Translations under genes and position numbers: made by a program
The notes under the pieces: model-generated
Told to the model about the DNA's origin: nothing
Databases searched by the model: none
What the model saw: only the letters and a program-made list of their open reading frames with translations
Shown: piece by piece, positions 19,449 through 29,562 of the stretch
Numbering within the stretch: position 1 is the stretch's first letter
Layout: each line of letters opens with the position of its first letter
Origin: an uncultured delta proteobacterium
GTDB lineage: Bacteria; Desulfobacterota; Binatia; UBA9968
Assembly (NCBI GenBank): GCA_963760795.1
Contig: CAVXEP010000013.1
Span: 1 to 64,000 of the forward strand
Direction: 5' to 3'
DNA: 64,000 bases

Positions 19449-20210
19449 CTAGACGATGGCGTTCGGATTCGCCACCTCGGGAGAACTCCAGACTAGATTG
19501 CGCTCCAAGAAGTCGGCCACCAACGGCCATGACAAATCAGCGGTGCGGGGATTGTAACCGGGCGCGCCTGGATCGACAAAACCATGTCCGCCGAAGGGGA
19601 AGAAGTGCCACTCGAGCGACTGGCCATTTTCTTTGAACGCCTGGTACATCTGCTCTTGCACCGGCAGCACCGTCGTCACATCGTCGACACCGTATAAATT
19701 GATCGACGGACAACGAAACTTCTGCACGGCTTTGGACGGATGCACCGGCCGGAGCGGCGAATCGGGTTCGGCGCGCACGGTCGGATAATAACCGACAAAG
19801 GCGCGCACTTCTTCTGGCACCGCCGCGACGAAGTGAATCGCGATGCGCCCGCCCATGCAGTAGCCGCACACGGCCACGCGATCTTTGTTGACGTTGGGCT
19901 GTTTGAGCAAGAAACGCCAGCCCTCGATGAGCACGCGGGTGAACTCGGGGTCGGGAGTCTTGGCCTGGATCTGCGCGCCGGTGACGATATGGGTCTCTTC
20001 GGGAAAACCCAACTGCTCGAAGACAGTTGCGGCGAACGTCGTGTAGCCCAGCTTGGCGAACTTGCGCGTCTCGGTCTTGATGTACTCGCCCATACCCCCT
20101 TTGGGATGGATCAGGTATAACGCCGGACCTGGTTGGCTGCGTTCCGGCGCTGCCAAATATCCGGCAACGCCATGTTGCTTGGTGGTAAATAGTTTCTCAA
20201 CTATGCGCAT
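19449..20210 (-). CDS. Dienelactone hydrolase family protein
   Basis: GYCMGG nucleophile, YGVDD, GHGF. Confidence 0.9.
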   Translation of the reverse strand: MRIVEKLFTTKQHGVAGYLAAPERSQPGPALYLIHPKGGMGEYIKTETRKFAKLGYTTFAATVFEQLGFPEETHIVTGAQIQAKTPDPEFTRVLIEGWRFLLKQPNVNKDRVAVCGYCMGGRIAIHFVAAVPEEVRAFVGYYPTVRAEPDSPLRPVHPSKAVQKFRCPSINLYGVDDVTTVLPVQEQMYQAFKENGQSLEWHFFPFGGHGFVDPGAPGYNPRTADLSWPLVADFLERNLVWSSPEVANPNAIV

Positions 20211-20296
20211 GATGGTTTCCTCGCGGTAATAGATTTATCCAGGTTACTAGCATGATCTCCGTCCGCGGCGCAAAGGCTGCGGCAAGAGAAATCCGC

Positions 20297-21172
20297 TTAA
20301 GATGGTAGATAGCCTTTTTCGGCCAGATAAGCGCGCAGGGCATTGCGCCAATGCGGCATGGTGATGGCGAATTCTTGCTGCAACCTGGCGCTCGCCAGTG
20401 CCGAGTTTTTCGCCCGGCGCGCCGGTGTCGGAAACTGCGACGAGGCCACCGCGTCGAGCGGTGCCGTCAATTGGCAAAGTTCCAAGGCCGTCTTGGCGAA
20501 CTCGAACCAGGTACAAGAGCCGCTGTTAGCCGCGTGAATAATTCCTCTGGCATCGCCAGCGATCAGTTGAGCGATCGCCTGCGCCGCATCGCGAGTGTAA
20601 GTCGGCGAGATTTGAATATCGTCGATGACTTTCAGCGGCTCGCCTTTGCGCGCTCTGGCGAGGATCGTCTCAATAAAATTACCGCCCTTACCGCGCGCGC
20701 CGGTCTTGCCGAATAGGCTGGCGACTCTGACAACCGACCAGTCCGGCACCGCCTGCTCGACTAAATACTCCCCCGCAAGTTTTGACGTGCCATATACGTT
20801 GATCGGCGCCGGCACATCGGACTCGATGTAGGGCGTATCTTTGCCGCCGTCGAAAACATAATCGGTGCTGATGTAAATGCATTTCGCGCCGCTCTCAGCG
20901 GCAACCCGCGCAACGTTAAGCGCACCGATGGCGTTGACGGCAAAGGCTTCGCGCGCCAGCGATTCACAGTCATCGACTCGGACAAAAGCAGCACAGTTAA
21001 TGATCGTTTGAGCCTTGAGCGGCAACAAAACCTGGCGCACCGAAGCCAATTCCGAGCATTCAATCCGACTATGGTCGAGTGCGATCACCTCGAAACGATC
21101 GGCAGCCCGCAGAATCTCGACTAGGTCATGGCCCAGTTGGCCGCTACTGCCGATAACAACGACGCGATCCAT
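20297..21172 (-). CDS. rmlD: dTDP-4-dehydrorhamnose reductase
   Basis: GSSGQLG, ISTDYVFDG, YGTSKLAGE, SPTY. Confidence 0.95.
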   Translation of the reverse strand: MDRVVVIGSSGQLGHDLVEILRAADRFEVIALDHSRIECSELASVRQVLLPLKAQTIINCAAFVRVDDCESLAREAFAVNAIGALNVARVAAESGAKCIYISTDYVFDGGKDTPYIESDVPAPINVYGTSKLAGEYLVEQAVPDWSVVRVASLFGKTGARGKGGNFIETILARARKGEPLKVIDDIQISPTYTRDAAQAIAQLIAGDARGIIHAANSGSCTWFEFAKTALELCQLTAPLDAVASSQFPTPARRAKNSALASARLQQEFAITMPHWRNALRAYLAEKGYLPS

Positions 21173-22221
21173 CAGGAGGTCTTGCCCCAATTCTGGGCGT
21201 AAACCGATTCGTAGTAGTTGCGATATTCACCCGAAGTCACCCGCGCCACCCAGTCGGCGTGGGACAAATACCAATCGACAGTCCGTTGTAAGCCGACGGG
21301 AAACTCCACGCGCGCTGTCCAGCCCAGCTCATTCCGTACTTTGGCAGTATCGAGGGCGTAGCGCCGATCGTGGCCGGGACGGTCGGTGACGTAGCGGATG
21401 CGCGCGGTGAGTTGGCCTAGGTCAACGCCCTTGTGCGCCGCGAGGGCACCGCAGATCGCTTCGACCACGGCGAGATTACTGCGCTCTTCGCTGGTGCCGA
21501 TATTATAAATCGAACCTATCTGGCCTTTCTCCAGGACCGCCAACAAAGCCCGGCAGTTATCCTCGACATGAATCCAATCGCGGATCTGCAAGCCGTCGCC
21601 ATAGACCGGGAAGTCGGAATCGCCGAGACCGTTGCGCAAGAGCAATGGGATGAGCTTTTCTGGAAACTGATACGGTCCGTAATTGTTCGAGCTGCGCGTG
21701 ATCAGAATCGGCAATCCATAGGTACGGCGATAGGAGAAACAGAGCAGATCGGCGGCGGCTTTGCTCGCCGAATAGGGACTGCTTGGGGCCAAGGAAGAAT
21801 CTTCGTTCGACGGCGCCTTGGCTTCCTTATCGCCATAAACTTCGTCGGTGGAAATGTGCAGGAAACGCTCCACCGCCACCCGCCGCGCAGCTTCGAGCAA
21901 AGACTGCACGCCGCCGATATTGGTTTGGAGAAACGGCGACGAGTCGAGGATACTGCGATCTACATGGGACTCGGCGGCGAAGTTGACCACCGCCCAGGGC
22001 TGCTCTTCAACAAGCATGCGCTCGACCAGTTCGCGGTCGCAAATATCGCCCTGGACGAAACGCATGCGTTCCCGGCTAATATCGGCGACATTTTCCAAAT
22101 TGCCGGCGTAGGTCAGCTTGTCGAAATTGACAATGCGGTAATCCGTAGAGGTCGACAGCAGGCGAACGAAGTTACTGCCGATAAAACCGCAGCCGCCGGT
22201 GACAAAGATAGTTTTCATCAT
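21172..22221 (-). CDS. rmlB: dTDP-glucose 4,6-dehydratase
   Basis: TGGCGFIGSNF, DKLTYAGN, AAESHVDRSI, STDEVYG, YSASK, DRPGHDRRY. Confidence 0.97.
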   Translation of the reverse strand: MMKTIFVTGGCGFIGSNFVRLLSTSTDYRIVNFDKLTYAGNLENVADISRERMRFVQGDICDRELVERMLVEEQPWAVVNFAAESHVDRSILDSSPFLQTNIGGVQSLLEAARRVAVERFLHISTDEVYGDKEAKAPSNEDSSLAPSSPYSASKAAADLLCFSYRRTYGLPILITRSSNNYGPYQFPEKLIPLLLRNGLGDSDFPVYGDGLQIRDWIHVEDNCRALLAVLEKGQIGSIYNIGTSEERSNLAVVEAICGALAAHKGVDLGQLTARIRYVTDRPGHDRRYALDTAKVRNELGWTARVEFPVGLQRTVDWYLSHADWVARVTSGEYRNYYESVYAQNWGKTS

Positions 22222-22242
22222 TTCTGCCGAAACGCGCAGCGA

Positions 22243-22806
22243 TCAGCCACCGTGAAAGACAAAGCCAGCGTCGGCGTCGCGCAGCCGCGGCCACTGGCGA
22301 TCGCGCGGCGAAAGTTGCGGCGCCGCAACCGGCCAGGCGATTTGCAAATCCGGATCGTCCCAGGCGATACCGGACTCAAGTGCCGGTGCGTATTCATCGC
22401 TGGTCATATACAAGATATCCGCTTCGGCGCTGACGACGCAAAAACCATGGGCGAAACCCGCCGGCGCGTAGAGCATTTTTTTATTTTCCGCGCTCAACTC
22501 CATGCTGACCCATTTGCCGCAGTTCGGCGACCCCTGGCGCAGGTCCACCGCGACGTCGAAGATCGTGCCGGTGATGGCGCGCACGAGCTTGCCTTGAGCC
22601 TTCGGCTGCTTTTGAAAGTGCAGACCGCGCAAGATGCCGCGCGCCGAGCGCGACTGATTGGCCTGCACGAATATTTCGCGAATACCCTGGGCGGCGAATT
22701 CCGAATGCTTGTAGGTTTCCATGAAAAACCCGCGCTCGTCGGGAAACACCCGCGGCTCGATGATAATGACGTCGGCAATGCTGGTGGGCGTAAAAGTAAA
22801 CGGCAT
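22243..22806 (-). CDS. rmlC: dTDP-4-dehydrorhamnose 3,5-epimerase
   Basis: DERGFFME, LRGLHFQ, QGKLVR, GFAHGF. Confidence 0.97.
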   Translation of the reverse strand: MPFTFTPTSIADVIIIEPRVFPDERGFFMETYKHSEFAAQGIREIFVQANQSRSARGILRGLHFQKQPKAQGKLVRAITGTIFDVAVDLRQGSPNCGKWVSMELSAENKKMLYAPAGFAHGFCVVSAEADILYMTSDEYAPALESGIAWDDPDLQIAWPVAAPQLSPRDRQWPRLRDADAGFVFHGG

Positions 22807-23888
22807 CAGAGCAACACTTCGGAGTCGTCGCCGATCATCAAGCGGTAGGCCTGGCGGCTCTTTTGCTCGCGCACCACGGCGGAGTTTTTGCCGAGCAAGC
22901 TATCTTCAAGACGGTCGACAAACTCCACTCGCGCGCTTTCCAACAACAGGCAATGTTCGAGCACGGATGAGATGATGCGGCAGCCATTGCCGATGGAAGT
23001 AAACGGTCCGACGAAAGAGTTCTCAACCAGCACGTGATCGCCGATCACCACCGGTCCGCGCACGGTGCTATTGACGACGCGGCTGCCTTTGCCCAACCGC
23101 ACTCGCCCGGTCACCTGGCTCAGGCCATCGATCTCGCCATCGATCTTGCGCTGCACCCACTCGTCGAGCACGACGGTATTGGCGGTCAACAAATCGTCTT
23201 TCTTGCCGGTGTCAAGCCACCAGGCATCGATGCGATGGCTCAAAACTTGGCCGCCCTGGCTGAGCAACAGCTGGATCGCGTCGGTGATCTCCAATTCGCC
23301 GCGCCAGGAGGGCGCGATCTTGTCGATGGCATCGTGAATTTTTGCTGTGAAAAAATAAATGCCAACTAGCGCGAGATTGGATTTCGGTTGCTTCGGTTTT
23401 TCCACCAGACTGAGCACGCGCTGTTGGCCATCGACTTCGGCGATACCAAAGCTTGACGGGTTGTCGACTTCCTTCAGCAAGATCGAAGCAACCGCAGCGG
23501 ACTTTTCAAACTCTTCGCGAAAGCTTTCAATTCCCGATCCGATGAGATTATCGCCCAGATACATAACAAAGGCGTCGTCGCCCAGGTAGGGCCGCGCCAC
23601 TTTCACCGCGTGAGCGAGGCCGAGGGGCTCGGTCTGCTCGATAAACGAGACGCTCATACCCCAGGCGCCGCCGTCGCCCACAGCGTCGCGAATCGCCTGG
23701 CCGGTCTCGGGTGAGATCACGATGCCGACGTCATTGACCGCGGCTTTTTGCAGGTTATCGAGGACATGGAACAAAATCGGCCGATTAGCCACCGGCACGA
23801 GCTGTTTGGCCGCGGTGTGGGTAAGCGGACGCAGCCGGGTGCCGCGGCCGCCGCTCAAGACCAGCCCTTTGAGCTTATTCGCGGCCAT
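22806..23888 (-). CDS. rmlA: Glucose-1-phosphate thymidylyltransferase (long form)
   Basis: GGRGTRLRPLTHTAAKQLVPVAN, RGELEITDAIQ, WLDTG, C-terminal hexapeptide domain. Confidence 0.95.
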   Translation of the reverse strand: MAANKLKGLVLSGGRGTRLRPLTHTAAKQLVPVANRPILFHVLDNLQKAAVNDVGIVISPETGQAIRDAVGDGGAWGMSVSFIEQTEPLGLAHAVKVARPYLGDDAFVMYLGDNLIGSGIESFREEFEKSAAVASILLKEVDNPSSFGIAEVDGQQRVLSLVEKPKQPKSNLALVGIYFFTAKIHDAIDKIAPSWRGELEITDAIQLLLSQGGQVLSHRIDAWWLDTGKKDDLLTANTVVLDEWVQRKIDGEIDGLSQVTGRVRLGKGSRVVNSTVRGPVVIGDHVLVENSFVGPFTSIGNGCRIISSVLEHCLLLESARVEFVDRLEDSLLGKNSAVVREQKSRQAYRLMIGDDSEVLL

Positions 23889-24144
23889 GGGCTTGATTCA
23901 ATGCTTGGTGAAGAAGCGTCGCTGCAAATCTCATGTGGCGCAGATTACCTTCATTGAAGCTAATTTTCCATCGATAAAGACCATGAACTTCAGCCTTTGC
24001 GTTGGCTTTCCTCGCGCCGACCCGTTCGATTTCTTCATTGACCTCGGCGCCAAGTCCCTCCGCCTTGGTCAAAATCTGCGTCCGATTTCCGTTCGCCACT
24101 GTCATGAGCGCGGGTGGTTTTTGATATCCGAAGGGATTTGCCAA
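23875..24144 (-). CDS. Hypothetical protein (89 aa) upstream of rmlA
   Basis: Overlaps the rmlA start on the same strand; no recognised motif. Confidence 0.4.
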   Translation of the reverse strand: MANPFGYQKPPALMTVANGNRTQILTKAEGLGAEVNEEIERVGARKANAKAEVHGLYRWKISFNEGNLRHMRFAATLLHQALNQAHGRE

Positions 24145-24513
24145 TCGGGCTCACAATAGTTCTCCGCCGATCGACTGGTCAAAATATTTTCGCTCCAATC
24201 GTGCAAAATTTTGCAGCGCGCGCAACAACTCACTTTGCCGGCGCCGGACTCTTTGAAGCAATTCACGCTGGGAACTAATACGTCGATCGAAATAGAAAGC
24301 GCCACTGCTTTTCATCCCCGCTGACGAAGTCAATTGACGCTTCGGAAATCTGCGCGCCCCATATCGCTATCCACGGTCGATTAAATTGCTCTTATTTACG
24401 ACGCATGGACGTTATTGGCCAGGTTTCGACGTTAACCGCCATCGCGATGGCATCAAGCTAAAAATAAGCTCACCTTTTCGAGCAGTTATGATCAGTCCGC
24501 CAAGTGCCCCAGA

Positions 24514-24529
24514 TGGTATGACATTTGCT
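24514..24529 (+). promoter_or_regulatory. Sigma54 (-24/-12) promoter for the coiled-coil gene
   Basis: TGGTATGACATTTGCT, exact GG-N10-GC, 50 nt upstream of ATG 24579. Confidence 0.7.
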
Positions 24530-24578
24530 GAAACTCTAGTGTCCCTGTCCTGTTAGTATCGGCGGAGGAAATCTTGCA

Positions 24579-25478
24579 ATGCGTGCCAATGATAACGTTG
24601 TATCGCTAGTTCGCAGCCAACCCGAGGTTGAGCCCGAAAAAAGTTATAGCGACATGCCAAATTTATCCTTCGACGAGGCCTCCGGCTTGGCCGAAATTGA
24701 GACTCAGGCCAATCAACTGCTCGACTATATCGGCAAGCTTAGCAACCTCGCGGACCGCGCCTGTGTCACCGCGATCCGGCAAACCGAAACCGCGCAACGC
24801 AGCGAAGAAACCCGCCAGACCGAAGTCGCGACGTTACGCAACCAGCTGGAGCAAAGTACCTCGGCGCTTCAGGAGCGCAATCTCGCTTTCACCATGCTCG
24901 ATAACAGCTCGCGCGAGCAGTTGGCGTCAACGGAGCAGCGCCTGCGCGCAGCCGAGCGCCAACTCGAAGAACGCGAAACCGAGATCGCATCGTTGAACCG
25001 CCAGATCAACGAACTGGCCAACCGCCCCAACACCCCCGGATACACGACCGAGCAACTCGAACAGGAAGTCGCCGAGAAAACCGCAGCGCTCAACCAGGAA
25101 TGCACCGCGCTCAAAAGCCAACTGAGCCAGCGCGACGAACTGGTTAAGTCAAAAACCAACATGTTTAGAAAAGCCGAAGCGGATTTTCGCGCAAATATCA
25201 TTGAGCTCGAACAGCGGCTCAAAGATGCCGAGGGAACAGTGCAGCGCCAAGAAACCCAGCTCAAAGATAAAGAGGTCGTCCTTCAAGCGACGGCGGCGAA
25301 AGAAGTGGAAATTGGCAAGCTGATCAAACGGCTCTCTCTGGAATGCGAAAACCTGAGCAATGAGTTGCAGGAAAAGACCCGGCTGATGGGCCAACTGGAC
25401 GGCAAAAAGCCGCAAACCCAACCCGACAAGAACGTCTGGCGCCGCATGATCGGCCGGCTCCAGGACGATCCGCTTTAG
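24579..25478 (+). CDS. Long coiled-coil protein with C-terminal amphipathic helix
   Basis: GGAGG RBS; E/Q/L/K-rich heptads; ends VWRRMIGRL. Confidence 0.8.
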   Translation: MRANDNVVSLVRSQPEVEPEKSYSDMPNLSFDEASGLAEIETQANQLLDYIGKLSNLADRACVTAIRQTETAQRSEETRQTEVATLRNQLEQSTSALQERNLAFTMLDNSSREQLASTEQRLRAAERQLEERETEIASLNRQINELANRPNTPGYTTEQLEQEVAEKTAALNQECTALKSQLSQRDELVKSKTNMFRKAEADFRANIIELEQRLKDAEGTVQRQETQLKDKEVVLQATAAKEVEIGKLIKRLSLECENLSNELQEKTRLMGQLDGKKPQTQPDKNVWRRMIGRLQDDPL

Positions 25479-25602
25479 AAAATTCCCCCGACGCAGAGTT
25501 CTAGCCAATTTACCACGAACGGTAGGTTTCGATGGTAAACTCAACTCCTTCTCCGTTCGTCCTGAGCGAGTCGAAGCGCTCTGGGTGCAGTGCACGCAGC
25601 CG

Positions 25603-26619
25603 CTAACGGTCGAACATCCCCTCACGGTCCAAACGCTCGACAAACGACGAATCCACCAGAGACGCTAAGTTAACGCTCTTGGCCTTAGGATTGGACTCGG
25701 CGATTATTTCCAGCAGAATCTTCATCGCGCCGATATCGGCATAAGGTTTTTTCAACATCATTTCACGATAGGTTTCGTAGCCTTCCTCGATCATGGCGCG
25801 GTTTTTCTCCAGCGGCAGGCGCAGATACTTCGCCAAGATCTTCATACTGTCGTCTTTGTTGCTCTTGTTGCGGTAGAACTGCATGCCCTCGGCCAGGCCG
25901 GCGACAAAGCGCGCCACCATGCGGCCATCGTCGCGCAGGGTTTTCTCCGACACCGCGACGATGTTACGTAAATAGGGCACATCCAGCGGCGCCAGATCGA
26001 CGAGCAAGCGATATCCTTCCTTCGCCGCCAGCGTCGTATAGGGCGGATCGAGGATCGCCGCCGGCACGCGATTGCCGAGCAAGGCTTCGAAGCGCGCGCT
26101 CTTGCCGCCGATGTTGAGCGGCACGACCTGCTCCTTGGTCAGACCGAGCTCGCGCAAACAGAGCAGCAGGCCGGTGTAGGGCAATCCGGAAAAGCCGGTG
26201 ATCGCCACCGACTTGCCTTTGAGATCGGCCGCCGAGCGGATCGACGGATGCACCGTCAAGGCAAGATTCAACCCGCGTGCCGTGCCCATCACCATCTTCA
26301 CCGGAAAGCCGCCGAGAGCGCTATGCACGACCTTATCCGGCGACGTCAGGTCGAATTGAATATCGCCCGACACCAAGGCATTGATGTCGTTGCTGCGGCT
26401 GAACGTCACCATGCGGGTATCGAGCTCACGCCGCTTGAAGAACCCTTTCTCCTCGGCGATGTATGCCGGCAAATACATCGCCCCGCGCACTCCCTCGCCG
26501 ATGATGATCGACTTGGTCTGCGCATTTGCCAGCACCGGCATTAACAGCACCCAGAAATAAATCAGCCGGGTCGCGAACTGCCGATTCTGACCGATTATTC
26601 CATCACGCCAATACTCCAT
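25603..26619 (-). CDS. NitT/TauT family ABC substrate-binding protein
   Basis: TAATG-coupled to the upstream gene; AEEKGFF, DLKGKSVAI, VDSSFVERLDREG. Confidence 0.86.
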   Translation of the reverse strand: MEYWRDGIIGQNRQFATRLIYFWVLLMPVLANAQTKSIIIGEGVRGAMYLPAYIAEEKGFFKRRELDTRMVTFSRSNDINALVSGDIQFDLTSPDKVVHSALGGFPVKMVMGTARGLNLALTVHPSIRSAADLKGKSVAITGFSGLPYTGLLLCLRELGLTKEQVVPLNIGGKSARFEALLGNRVPAAILDPPYTTLAAKEGYRLLVDLAPLDVPYLRNIVAVSEKTLRDDGRMVARFVAGLAEGMQFYRNKSNKDDSMKILAKYLRLPLEKNRAMIEEGYETYREMMLKKPYADIGAMKILLEIIAESNPKAKSVNLASLVDSSFVERLDREGMFDR

Positions 26620-28245
26620 TACTCCACTCCTCGCTCGCGCACCGCCACCGTCTGCATTCGCGTCGCGGTGCGCCCCGGAATATACGCCGACTTGGCGCCC
26701 GCGCCGCCGGCGACCACGAGCCAAATATCCTCGGGTCGGTCGATCACGCCAACCTCGCGCAACCTACCCGGTGTGAACCACAGGGGCCGCCGTTTGGCGA
26801 GCAGCTCTAAGTTTTCATCGGCGATCTTGTCGTAGGGCACACGAGCTTGAGCGAACAACGCTTCGCGCAGTTTCGCCTTGGAATAACCATCCCGCGCCAG
26901 GATCGCCGCATGCTCGGGGCAAATCACCCAGAGCACTTCGGTCGAGGTCACGCCACTGGCCAAACCGCCGGTCATCGTCAGCGCGAAAGTCTTGAGCAGA
27001 CCGGTTGCCGACTGGCTCGCCATGTCGACCGCGCTATAAATACCGCTGGCGCCGAACATATGAACCGTATCGCAATCGCGCGCCAAGCCGCGTTCGACAT
27101 GAAAGGGCTCCCAAGGATTCTCTTCTTCGTTTTCAGCGAAACAAAAAGTGTATTTGGCCGGCTGCCCCATGGTCGATTTATCGAAACCGCCGGGTCGAGC
27201 ACCGCCGATATTGGTCAAGACGAATCGAATCGCCCGGCCGATGGTCGCGTTGGCGCGCCAGCCCTGGCCGAGCACGTTGGCACCGTAATTAATCGCCAAA
27301 GTATTGCGGCAGGGGCCGTTGACGATGGCCAGCGGCGCGATATTGCCCGTGGTCGTTTGCAAGCCATCGAGGTTGTAGCCCGGCCGCGTCATGCCGCGCA
27401 GCGCCGCGAGCACCAGCGGGAAATAGTCCGGCAAGCAGCCGGCCATCACCGCATTGGCGGCGATCTTTTCGACCGTGGCAACGCCGTTCAGCGGCGGAAT
27501 GACGCCCAATACGCGCATCTGCCGTCTTGCCGCCGGCGGCGAACATTGTCTGCACCGCCGCTAACGTCGGCGGCAATACCGGCAAACCGTCGGTCCAGCC
27601 GCGCTCGAAAAAGTAACCGAACATCTCGGCGGGATCGCTGGGAGCGTATAAGCTGGAAGCCGTGTTGCCTTCGCTGGCATGCGCGGATAATGCGAGATCG
27701 CGCGCATTCGCACCATTGCCGCTCACTAGTTTACCGGCAATGGCATCGACCACCGACTCGGCCACTGAGCGTAGAGCTTCAAGCGAAATTGTCCCGACCG
27801 GATGGGGCACTTTAACCAGCGGCAGATTCGCCATACCACGCGACCGAGTTTCCGCTTGCGCCAACGTCCAAAACTCGCTGCTCACCACCGTCGCCGTGGC
27901 GACTCCCGCGCTTTCCAGTTGCACCGAGTCGTGGACACTCCACGACGTGCACGAGCCTCAATCGGCGAAGGCGTTGATAACGACATCGCAGCGGCTGGCC
28001 AGCGCCGCCAAACCATCCGACTCCATGCGGGTCATCTTGCGCTTGGTCACCAGTTCGATATCGGGATGACGCGCCTGGAGAAATTCGCCGATGAATTGCA
28101 AAAACTTGTCGGCGTTGGGCTTGTTGTTATCGAGCAAGCCAACGCGCCGGCCGGCGAGGTTTTCGTAGCGGCGCGGCGCTAATTTGCTCGCTTGCTGGCG
28201 TGGGACGCCGATCGGATTGACGATTTCAATGACATTTTCCATCAT
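26619..28245 (-). CDS. UGSC-motif selenoprotein (Sec96, UGA 27958-27960) fused to a GWTDGLP/AVMAGC-type domain; one frameshift near 27516; ~541 aa
   Basis: GLLDNNKPNAD...INAFAD-U-GSCTSWSVHDSVQLESAGV is in frame with ORF 27289..27924. GWTDGLPVLPPT then continues after a 1-nt shift into VLGVIPP...VEKIAANAVMAGC (ORF 26619..27518). Confidence 0.85.
27920..27951 (-). promoter_or_regulatory. Putative bacterial SECIS hairpin of the UGSC gene
   Basis: UGA + 11 nt, then GUCGUGGA-GUG-UCCACGAC (8-bp stem); lower stem UGCAC/GUGCA with a 3-nt bulge. Confidence 0.78.
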
Positions 28246-28292
28246 CAGTCACCTTTCTCTGCCGCGCCGCATCGATCACTCAGGCCGCGCAA

Positions 28293-29390
28293 TCAAACGA
28301 TACTCAACATCCGCTCGATTGGCAGCCGCGCCCGCGCCGCCAGCTCGGCATCTACCGTGATTTCGTGGACGCCGTCGCGCAGTGAGTTGCGCAATTTGCG
28401 CAACGTATTCTGTTTCATGAACGCACATACGGCTTCGGCGCTCGCCGGTATAATGGTTTTCCCCGGCACCGCCTTGGACAGCGGATAGATATTACCGACT
28501 TCGGTGGCCATGATCACGACCTGCTGAGGCGTGTCGCGGACAAACTGCACCATGCCTTGGGTCGAGCGGAACTGCATCATGTCCGCCGGAGTTTTGCCCT
28601 CGGCCATCTGGCGCATGCAGGCGCTGGTGCAGCCGCACTCGGGATGCACGACCACGGCGGCGTCGGGGTAGAGTTTGCGCTGCTGCTCGACATGGTAGGG
28701 CCGAATGCGGTCGTGGACATGACATGCGCCCATCATCAGCCACAGACGGTCGACGGACTGCTTTTGCTGCTCCAACAGTTTCGCCGCGTAGAATCCAAGA
28801 TAAACATCGGGAAGAAAAAGAATCGGCTGGTCGGCTGTGGAATGTTCCAACACATGGAGAATGACTTTCGCGGCGTTGGCCGACGCGCAGCAGTAATCGC
28901 TCTCCGCTTTCACGTCTAAATAGGTGTTGACGTAACTGATGACGATACCGTCCGGGTGTTCGCGCCGCCACTGGCGAATCTTGTTCACGTCGGCGTGCGC
29001 GGCCAGAGAACAGAGCGCGCCTAAATCCGGCGCCAGCACCCGCTGGCCGGGCTTTTTCAGGATCGCCAGGATTTCATTCATGAACAACACCGACGCTTCG
29101 ACCAAAACCTCGGCCTCGGAGTCCGCGCCCTTTTGCGCGAGGTAAAGAGAATCTCCCACCGCATCGGCGACATCCTGAATATCGCGCGGCGCGTAGTTGT
29201 GCGCCAGGATGTAGGCGTTTTTTGATTTCTTGAGTTCGGCGATCTCCGCCAACAGCGCGCGATGCTCTTCCGCCGGCACATTATCGGGCTCGGCTTCTTT
29301 TGGCACCGGCGGTATTTCAATCGGCAAAGAGAGATCGACCTGATCGATCATCTCAATCGCCTGTTTAGCAGGGAAAATATCGCCGGACAT
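28293..29390 (-). CDS. nadA: Quinolinate synthase
   Basis: ILAHNY, VGDSLYL, CSLA, YVNT, CHVH, HPEC, CAFMK (three Fe-S Cys). Confidence 0.92.
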   Translation of the reverse strand: MSGDIFPAKQAIEMIDQVDLSLPIEIPPVPKEAEPDNVPAEEHRALLAEIAELKKSKNAYILAHNYAPRDIQDVADAVGDSLYLAQKGADSEAEVLVEASVLFMNEILAILKKPGQRVLAPDLGALCSLAAHADVNKIRQWRREHPDGIVISYVNTYLDVKAESDYCCASANAAKVILHVLEHSTADQPILFLPDVYLGFYAAKLLEQQKQSVDRLWLMMGACHVHDRIRPYHVEQQRKLYPDAAVVVHPECGCTSACMRQMAEGKTPADMMQFRSTQGMVQFVRDTPQQVVIMATEVGNIYPLSKAVPGKTIIPASAEAVCAFMKQNTLRKLRNSLRDGVHEITVDAELAARARLPIERMLSIV

Positions 29391-29477
29391 CGATCATGTC
29401 CATTGTACTTATCCTCGGTTTCTAAGGAGGCTAACTCGCACCGTGAAATCAAGCTGATGGTTCAGTTTGGCAAGATC

Positions 29478-29562
29478 GTTCACGGAGCTTATCCTGAGTG
29501 TAGCCGAAGGGTTCGGGATGACAACCACTCGAAGTATGGTCATTTCGAGCGCAGCGAGAAAT
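29478..29562. repeat. REP-like intergenic palindromic elements
   Basis: cttatcctgagtgtagccgaaggg and gtcatttcgagcgcagcgagaaat; related motifs at 25554-25576 (cgttcgtcctgagcgagtcgaag) and 42706-42731. Confidence 0.5.

Noticed and set aside
21433-22848. 471-aa plus-strand ORF and other long antisense ORFs (e.g. 26847, 30204, 54032)
   Set aside because: Shadow ORFs opposite well-supported genes in high-GC DNA.
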